From assembly GCA_964386395.1 (NCBI GenBank), contig CAYLRV010000001.1, forward strand, positions 23,807-87,806: a DNA stretch of 64,000 nt, in the 5' to 3' direction. The DNA is from an uncultured Chitinophaga sp. (GTDB lineage Bacteria; Bacteroidota; Bacteroidia; Chitinophagales; Chitinophagaceae). Shown piece after piece: positions 36,456 through 42,667 of the stretch (the stretch's first letter is position 1; every line of letters begins with the position of its first letter). Below the pieces are notes generated by a model that was not told where the DNA came from, searched no databases, and was given only the letters and a program-made list of their open reading frames with translations. Position numbers and translations under genes: made by a program.

Positions 36456-36593
36456 TTAACGCAGTTCATATTCTGCAGGGTGACGAACTTTGCAGTTGGT
36501 CATTCCTTTGTGATGAACATTGCTTTTATTTTCTTTCTTTATCAGCACTTTCACTATAAAGTGAATGGCCAGTACTATCAGTAAAAATTTCAT
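36456..36593 (-). CDS. Small hydrophobic peptide (45 aa), possibly a leader or toxin-like ORF
   Basis: MKFLLIVLAIHFIVKVLIKKENKSNVHHKGMTNCKVRHPAEYELR. The ATG at 36593 is preceded by GAAAGGAGGTAGCT, a strong SD-like AGGAGG that is unusual for this genome. Confidence 0.35.
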   Translation of the reverse strand: MKFLLIVLAIHFIVKVLIKKENKSNVHHKGMTNCKVRHPAEYELR

Positions 36594-36712
36594 AGCTACC
36601 TCCTTTCTATTAACTGCATTTTTTATTTCCGCACTCTTCACCAATTGATTTCCTAACACTTCAACGACGGGAAATCTTTGTGGCAACCCACCTTCGCCAA
36701 AGCTTCGGTGGG

Positions 36713-36749
36713 TAAATAAAAAAACCCGGTCGTTTTTAGCGACCGGGTT
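36713..36749 (-). terminator. Rho-independent terminator (minus strand)
   Basis: aacccggtcg-tttttag-cgaccgggtt hairpin (36723-36749). In minus sense it is followed by TTTTTTTATTT. Confidence 0.75.
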
Positions 36750-37080
36750 TCCTGGCAAGCACAATTGTACTTACCTATGGATTGTCCGGTCGCCGATGGT
36801 GATCATTCTCATTACCTATGGGCACAATACTCCTGTTCGCTTGCGCAGAGCAATAGCATATGGCTGATAGTTGATCATTCATCGTTTGACTAAATCGTTT
36901 ATGTCGTAATAGTTTCAGCATTCTTTATTTTTCGGTTACAATAGATTCAAAACTTTTCCGATTACATAACTATTTTTCTTGTCCACTTACACTGAAGCTT
37001 GGGATTATCGCTTTCGCTTGCGCTGTGGGTAACACTTCTTCGCCGGCGGGTAACCCACCTTCGCTAAAGCTACGGTGGGT

Positions 37081-37109
37081 AAATAAAAAGCCCCGACGTT
37101 TGCCGGGGC
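37081..37109 (-). terminator. Rho-independent terminator after the Dabb gene (minus strand)
   Basis: gccccg-acgtttgc-cggggc hairpin. In minus sense it is followed by TTTTTATTT. Confidence 0.7.
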
Positions 37110-37331
37110 CTGTATTTCATTGAATTCGTTAGTATAACTTATCCTGGCAAAATACATGCCCCACAAACAGTGTAGTCTCCCTTGGGACTAAACCAATTCG
37201 CTGATTCAATATGTAATTTTATGCGTAGCATGTTTTTGTTTTGCAGTGCAAAGATGAATTTATTTTTTTGATGTTGCCAAATTTTTCTTGAAGAATTTTT
37301 AAAAATTATTTTTTTGCGCACAATTCCTATT

Positions 37332-37739
37332 TCAAATATCAACTGAATCATACACTATTACTTTACTCCACAAATGCGAATATTCCTCAATGAAAAGCAG
37401 GTGAATGGGATCAGTTTGATAACTCGCATGGTCTGCATCATTTTCAAAATACACCAGCCAGGATACAGCATAGCCTCTTTCAATTACTTCACGATTAGTA
37501 TCAGCCGGTTTACCAATCCGGAAACTTTTTATCGTTTTTACTTTCGATAATTTATGCAAACCTTCCACTAATTTTTCCCTGTCAGCAAGATTGTCCGTAT
37601 TCTTTAACCAGAAGAATACATGATGAATAAATGCAGCCTTCTTTTTGCCAGTTGATTTTGTTCCTGAAAAAGAAGATAACCCTGTTACGAGTGCGGCTGC
37701 ACCTGCTTTATTGATAAATTGTTTGCGGGTTTGTTTCAT
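37332..37739 (-). CDS. Dabb (stress-responsive A/B barrel) family protein with a Tat-like signal
   Basis: Start at ATG 37739 (MKQTRKQFINKAGAAALVTG). FIHHVFFWLKN...ASYQTDPIHLLFIE is typical of Dabb domains. Confidence 0.65.
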   Translation of the reverse strand: MKQTRKQFINKAGAAALVTGLSSFSGTKSTGKKKAAFIHHVFFWLKNTDNLADREKLVEGLHKLSKVKTIKSFRIGKPADTNREVIERGYAVSWLVYFENDADHASYQTDPIHLLFIEEYSHLWSKVIVYDSVDI

Positions 37740-37800
37740 GATGCCTGTATTTTCGGCATAAGGTAATGCAAAATTAAATGCCGGCAATCGCAGACCTGTT

Positions 37801-38910
37801 TCAAAACAACCTCCCCTGCCCGCCCGGTACCTGGAACTTACTCCTGTCAAGGCTCCATTCCTCCGCATTCATGCCGTATAGCTTACCGTATTTTTTATAC
37901 TGCATCGCTACCATCTCTGCGATATTCCCTTCGCCACGCATGCGTACGCCCCATCGGGTATCATTTACTTTTCCATCGTGGCTTTGTTCGATCAGGTGCC
38001 ACACTTTATCTGCCCTGTCGGGAAAGTTCTTATATAACCAGTCGTGAAATAGAAATTTTATCGCCCCGTTGAGCCGTATGAATGTATACGCTGTAAAGGT
38101 TGCGCCGTTGTCCTTCGCTGCTTTCATGATACGCTGCATTTCATGTTCATTCAGGCCCGGTATCATCGGCCCCATCATGATGCCCATCCGTACTCCTGCG
38201 CTGCTTAACTCGTTTATCACTTTCAGTTTTTGCTTAGCTGTGGTGGTGCGTGGCTCCATTGCCCTTCGCAGATCTTCATTGAAGGATGTAATGGATACCA
38301 TGGCTGACACAATCTGTTTCTTGCCCATTTCCTGCAGCACATCCTTGTCCTTCAGTATCCAGGAGTTTTTGGTGAGTATACCTACCGGCTGGTTAAATTC
38401 ATTGCAGACTTCCAGTAATCCTCTCGTCAGCCGGTATTTTTGTTCGGCAGGCTGGTAGCAATCGGTATTGCCACTGAGCATGATCGGCGTGGCATCCCAA
38501 TCCTTTTTCATCAGGAATTTTCGCAGCAGTTGTGGTGCATTTTTCTTGACAATTATTTTTCGCTCAAAATCCAGCCCGGCACTGTAACCCCAGTATTCAT
38601 GCACATTTCTTGCATAGCAATAGATGCAGCCATGCTCGCACCCGGCATACGGGTTCATGCTGTACATCATTCCCACATCCCTGCTCTCTACTTTGTTTAC
38701 GATGGTTTTTGATTCCTGTTCCATGTAAATAGTTGGCACATTTGATTCTTCCCAGTCGTCAATGCCTTCAATGTGCTCTCTTGTTGTTTCATTTTTTAAA
38801 AACCGGTTCTTTGTATTGAACTGGGCACCGCGACCGGCGAGGTAGGGCTTTGTTTCTTCAGGTTGCTTCACTTCTACTTTGAAATGATCTTGTTGCAAAT
38901 CCTTGCTCAT
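37801..38910 (-). CDS. Radical SAM protein (PA0069 / SplB-like COG1533 family)
   Basis: CxxxCxxC cluster motif in AGCEHGCIYCYARN. The length and remaining sequence fit the PA0069-type family. Confidence 0.75.
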   Translation of the reverse strand: MSKDLQQDHFKVEVKQPEETKPYLAGRGAQFNTKNRFLKNETTREHIEGIDDWEESNVPTIYMEQESKTIVNKVESRDVGMMYSMNPYAGCEHGCIYCYARNVHEYWGYSAGLDFERKIIVKKNAPQLLRKFLMKKDWDATPIMLSGNTDCYQPAEQKYRLTRGLLEVCNEFNQPVGILTKNSWILKDKDVLQEMGKKQIVSAMVSITSFNEDLRRAMEPRTTTAKQKLKVINELSSAGVRMGIMMGPMIPGLNEHEMQRIMKAAKDNGATFTAYTFIRLNGAIKFLFHDWLYKNFPDRADKVWHLIEQSHDGKVNDTRWGVRMRGEGNIAEMVAMQYKKYGKLYGMNAEEWSLDRSKFQVPGGQGRLF

Positions 38911-38929
38911 GCAATTGTTTTAAATAGTG

Positions 38930-39482
38930 ATTATTTTGAACCACGGAGACACAAGGACAGGGAGATGCACAGATATACACATACTGCCGGGAGACAGTCA
39001 CGGTGAGCTGGCGACAGGGAGAAGCACAAAAGCCGTGCTTATTTTTAAAGAATCATCCTTTTAATGCCATCTTTCATAAGCGGTGCGTGAAAATTTAATA
39101 CATAGCCAAGCCGCTTTTGTGTAAGGCGCAGGTAACTTAATAGCTGGGCATCCCAAACGGGATGATAGTTATCCTGCGCTTTCAATTCAACAATTATTAA
39201 ATTGTCAATCAATATATCAATCCGAAGACCATCACTAATGATCAATTTATCGTATACCAGTTCTACATTTTTTTGAACAACAAACGGAATATCCCTTTTG
39301 GTCAATTCATAACAGAAGCATTTTTCATACACACTTTCAATTAAGCCCGGACCGAGAAACCTATGGATCTTTATAGCAATATCCATTATTTGATATGTCA
39401 GCCATATTTCCCTTTCGGTTAAAGGTTTATGCTTTTTTTCTGTGCCGCTCCGTGCCGTCATGCCGCTGTGGTTCAAAATATA
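38930..39482. mobile_element. GxxExxY gene cassette bounded by GAACCAC...GTGGTTC inverted repeats
   Basis: Left arm gaaccacggagacacaaggacaggg (about 38937). Right arm ...ccgtcatgccgctgtggttc (about 39455-39474). The gene sits between them. Confidence 0.5.
39045..39461 (-). CDS. GxxExxY protein (PD-(D/E)XK-like family)
   Basis: Eponymous motif GPGLIESVYEKC (G-x-x-E-x-x-Y). The likely start is ATG 39461. Confidence 0.8.
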   Translation of the reverse strand: MTARSGTEKKHKPLTEREIWLTYQIMDIAIKIHRFLGPGLIESVYEKCFCYELTKRDIPFVVQKNVELVYDKLIISDGLRIDILIDNLIIVELKAQDNYHPVWDAQLLSYLRLTQKRLGYVLNFHAPLMKDGIKRMIL

Positions 39483-39483
39483 A

Positions 39484-40095
39484 TCAGAATAACTCCCCCT
39501 GCTTCGTTGCAACCGGCAGGTTCTGGAATTGGAATGTTGCTGCAATACGATATTTCATTTCCCCCACCGGCCGTTTGAGCAAAGTCATGCCATCAGCAAT
39601 AAACCGACCGGTAAAATGCTTTTGACTATACTCCAGCCAGCCCTTTTCATACTGCCAGGGCTTTAATTTCCGGGCAATGGTCAGGTGGGGCTCCATGATA
39701 AAATGCGGTTTATTATCCTCGTTCAGTTTCATCAGGCGCTGGCTTTCTGTACGGATGCTTTTTACCAGGCCTTGTACCGGTAATTTGCTGGTTACATTGA
39801 TATAAATAGTATGCGCCGGAAAACTGCCAAAATCTTTCAGCTCCACTTTAAATGGCGGGAAGCCCATGGCCACATTCCGCAGCCGGTTTAGTATCCGTTC
39901 TTCCAGCATGGCATGCTGCACAAAATTGACCAGCGTAATATGCGGCTTGCCCCATCTTGCATGATCCGATTTGTACGCAGTAGCAAAATCCTCCTTCACT
40001 TTCATTATCCTTTTCCATAGCTCTTCGTGCGGACTAAGCACCAATAAGTACTCATATTCCCGGTAGCCCGGGATCGTGTTGATAATACTTTCCAT
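39484..40095 (-). CDS. 2H-phosphoesterase superfamily protein (LigT / ThpR-like 2'-5' RNA ligase family)
   Basis: Two HxT motifs at the expected spacing: KPHITLVNF and EPHLTIARK. Confidence 0.7.
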   Translation of the reverse strand: MESIINTIPGYREYEYLLVLSPHEELWKRIMKVKEDFATAYKSDHARWGKPHITLVNFVQHAMLEERILNRLRNVAMGFPPFKVELKDFGSFPAHTIYINVTSKLPVQGLVKSIRTESQRLMKLNEDNKPHFIMEPHLTIARKLKPWQYEKGWLEYSQKHFTGRFIADGMTLLKRPVGEMKYRIAATFQFQNLPVATKQGELF

Positions 40096-40247
40096 AACCC
40101 ACCCATTTAGGAATTGAAAAAATACTTACCCATTTTATTAGCATAAATTTACTAAATTATTTAGCTTTACCAAAAATTACCCCATTAAATTTTTGAAATA
40201 ATTTTTTCACCCCAGCCGGCACAGCCGGCAGGATAAACTGATTAACT

Positions 40248-40685
40248 ATGGACGGAGAAGATTTTTTTGGGGCCGCATATAAGGGCTCAAAGCAGTTCAA
40301 GCAACAGGAAGTAAAAACAGCGAACGCCACCGGCTTTGGCGCTGCCGCCGATGATTATATGGAACGGGGTATTGATTTGAATGAGCAACTGATACGAAAC
40401 AAGCCCGCCACCTTCTTCTTCCGCATGAAAGGCGACGCTATGCAGGAAGCAGGTATTTTTGACGGCGATACGCTTATTGTAGATCGCTCTATAAAACTGG
40501 CTAACGGAAAAATAATCGTAGCCATTCTTAACGGAGAATTACTGGTACGCCGGTTCCATAAAAACTTTTCTTCCGCTTTCCTGATTGCCGAAAACAACCG
40601 GTATAAAAATATCAACCTGGCCGAGTTCAGCAACTTCGCTGTGTGGGGGGTGGTGACGTATACGATACACCCCGTCGGCGGTTGA
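40248..40685 (+). CDS. umuD: UmuD-like S24-family protein lacking the Ser/Lys catalytic dyad
   Basis: Collinear with E. coli UmuD (DYMERGIDLNEQLI..., DGDTLIVDRS...). GDSM is replaced by GDAM, and the TVKK lysine region reads LVRR. Confidence 0.7.
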   Translation: MDGEDFFGAAYKGSKQFKQQEVKTANATGFGAAADDYMERGIDLNEQLIRNKPATFFFRMKGDAMQEAGIFDGDTLIVDRSIKLANGKIIVAILNGELLVRRFHKNFSSAFLIAENNRYKNINLAEFSNFAVWGVVTYTIHPVGG

Positions 40686-41371
40686 AAACCCGGCGGGGTT
40701 CGCTTACTAATAAAATTAATTTGTATGGATATTCAACCGATAATCGAAGGCCAGTACTTCCATATTTACAATCGTGGTGTAAACAGCGAAGATATTTTTA
40801 AAGAAAAAAAGAATTACTACTATTTTCTTAAACAGTACAGCTTTTATTGCAATACGGTACTGGATACACTGGCGTATTGCTTATTGAAAAATCATTTTCA
40901 TTTACTCGTGTATGTCAAAGAAAATGTGGAAGTACCCCGCACTGACGGAAAAGAAGGCAGCTTTCGTCTGCATGCATCCAAACAACTGGGGCATTTTTTC
41001 AACTCCTACGCCCAATCCATCAATAAGGCCTATAAACGTACGGGACAACTTTTCGAATCCCCGTTTGAAAGAAAACTGGTGGACGATGAAAGTTATATGA
41101 TGTCCCTGATCTATTACTGTAATCAAAACGCCGTACATCATGGCTTCGTTAAGAGCACAAATGACTGGGAATTTTCTTCCTACCACGCTGTAATAAAAAA
41201 CGATAAAAGCCTTGTGGCTGTAGACCAGGTACTAAAGCGATTTGGCGATATTCAGCGATTTAAAGAAGCGCATACAACTAATAGCATAAAAGAAAAAGAG
41301 CAACAATATATTATAGACTATTAATCACTCTCCTATTTTAAACTACCGTCGGGGCCTACAGCCGCCGACGG
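40672..41371 (+). mobile_element. Y1-transposase-like cassette inserted between umuD and umuC, bounded by a 13-bp inverted repeat
   Basis: accccgtcggcgg (about 40669-40681, overlapping the umuD stop) versus ccgccgacggagt (41362-41374). 12 of 13 positions are complementary. Confidence 0.5.
40725..41324 (+). CDS. IS200/RAYT-like Y1 (HUH) transposase-family protein
   Basis: YFHIYNRG, the HUH-like NHFHLLV motif, and the C-terminal tyrosine helix LIYYCNQNAVHHGFV. Confidence 0.65.
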   Translation: MDIQPIIEGQYFHIYNRGVNSEDIFKEKKNYYYFLKQYSFYCNTVLDTLAYCLLKNHFHLLVYVKENVEVPRTDGKEGSFRLHASKQLGHFFNSYAQSINKAYKRTGQLFESPFERKLVDDESYMMSLIYYCNQNAVHHGFVKSTNDWEFSSYHAVIKNDKSLVAVDQVLKRFGDIQRFKEAHTTNSIKEKEQQYIIDY

Positions 41372-41383
41372 AGTTTGCCGAAG

Positions 41384-42667
41384 ATGATGAAAGCAATCGT
41401 TGACTGTAATAACTTCTACTGTTCCTGCGAAAGGTTGTTTAAACCGGCGCTGGAGAATAAACCCGTTGTTGTACTGAGCAACAATGACGGCTGCATCATT
41501 TCACGCAGTAACGAAGCAAAAAAACTGGGCGTTGAAATGGCCGGGCCCTTCTTTATGGCCAGGCCCCTGATTAAAAAATATGATGTCGCTGTTTTCTCGT
41601 CTAATTACAATTTGTATGGCGACCTGAGCTGGCGGGTAATGGAAACCCTGCGGATACTATTGGGGGAAAATAATGTAGAAGTTTATTCGGTAGATGAAGC
41701 CTTCCTTGATCTGGATATTTTTCCGGTGAATGATCTGCAGGCCATCGGAGAAAAAATAAAAACCACAGTTGAAATGTGGACAGGTATTAAAGTATCTGTT
41801 GGTGTGGCTCCTACCAAGGTATTGGCCAAAGCAGCTAACCGCCTTGCAAAAAAGAACCCGGAGAAATACCAGGGCGTAATGGTGCTGCACAATGAAGAAG
41901 AAATTATATCGGCACTGCGGCAAACACAAATAGACGATATATGGGGTGTGGGCAGGCAGTATGCCCAGAAACTGAAAGAGCAGTATTGCATTTATGACGC
42001 CCTGCAGTTAAGCCGGATGAGTGAAGAGTTTGGAAGAACACAGTTAGGCGGTGTCACCGGCGTCCGCCTCCTGAAAGAACTGAAAGGAGAACCTGCGAAA
42101 GATATGGAAGATGAACTGGTGGTAAAAAAAATGATTGCCACTACCCGTATGTTCGGCAGCCCTGTGGGCGATATCGCATCTATCAAAGAAGCCGTAGCCA
42201 CTTATGCATCGAGGGCCGCTGAAAAATTAAGAAGGCAACATAGTGCGGCAAAAGTGATCAATGTCTTTGTCGTAACCAAAGAGGAGAACCACAATGTAGA
42301 TTTCCGGGGCGCCACCAACGGAACGTCCGTTATACTGCCCGCTGCTACGTCCGCTACCAATGAACTGATAAAACCGGCGGTGGCACTGGTTGACAAGTTA
42401 TTTGAAGCAGGAAAACTATATAAAAAAGCAGGCGTAATGCTGAGTGGCATTGTGCCAGACAACTCTATACAGGGTAATCTCTTTCTCCCCGGCACCAAAA
42501 ACTGCGAACGAAAACTGATGGACATGATTGATAACGTCAACTTCAGCCAGCGGGATGATGTTTTAAAATTTGCGGCCAGCGGTACTACCCGCAACTGGAA
42601 GATGCAGCAGAATTTTATCAGCGATCGTTATACCAGCCGTTGGAATGAATTGTATGAAGTAAGCTGA
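41384..42667 (+). CDS. umuC: Y-family DNA polymerase (UmuC, Pol V catalytic subunit)
   Basis: MMKAIVDCNNFYCSCE..., SNNDGC, YSVDEAFLD, KVLAK. The ORF-track start at 41375 is a TTG, so ATG 41384 or 41387 is more likely. Confidence 0.85.
   Translation: MMKAIVDCNNFYCSCERLFKPALENKPVVVLSNNDGCIISRSNEAKKLGVEMAGPFFMARPLIKKYDVAVFSSNYNLYGDLSWRVMETLRILLGENNVEVYSVDEAFLDLDIFPVNDLQAIGEKIKTTVEMWTGIKVSVGVAPTKVLAKAANRLAKKNPEKYQGVMVLHNEEEIISALRQTQIDDIWGVGRQYAQKLKEQYCIYDALQLSRMSEEFGRTQLGGVTGVRLLKELKGEPAKDMEDELVVKKMIATTRMFGSPVGDIASIKEAVATYASRAAEKLRRQHSAAKVINVFVVTKEENHNVDFRGATNGTSVILPAATSATNELIKPAVALVDKLFEAGKLYKKAGVMLSGIVPDNSIQGNLFLPGTKNCERKLMDMIDNVNFSQRDDVLKFAASGTTRNWKMQQNFISDRYTSRWNELYEVS

Noticed and set aside
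34848-36584. ORF-track entries overlapping the tRNA array: 34848..35216, 34904..35101, 35071..35544, 35448..35630, 35892..36083, 36080..36283, 36200..36469 and 36297..36584.
   Set aside because: They run through or antisense to consecutive cloverleaf-forming tRNA units and have low-complexity, Cys/Leu/Arg-rich translations. The tRNA interpretation explains the sequence much better.
36456-36764. The full 102-aa version of the minus-strand ORF.
   Set aside because: The upstream 57 codons span the terminator hairpin and the ACCCACC motif. Only the distal 45 codons, starting at ATG 36593 with an AGGAGG site, are plausible.
29584-37000. Search for a Ro60/Rsr (TROVE), archease or RtcA/RtcR partner of RtcB.
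   Set aside because: No ORF in or around the locus shows TROVE/vWA, archease, cyclase or sigma54-activator motifs, so I do not claim a canonical rsr-Y RNA or rtcBA system.
40096-40247. Repeated ACCCATTT / ACCCCATTAAA words upstream of umuD, considered as a possible SOS (LexA) operator.
   Set aside because: I cannot match them to any LexA box consensus I know for this phylum, and the region is simply AT-rich.
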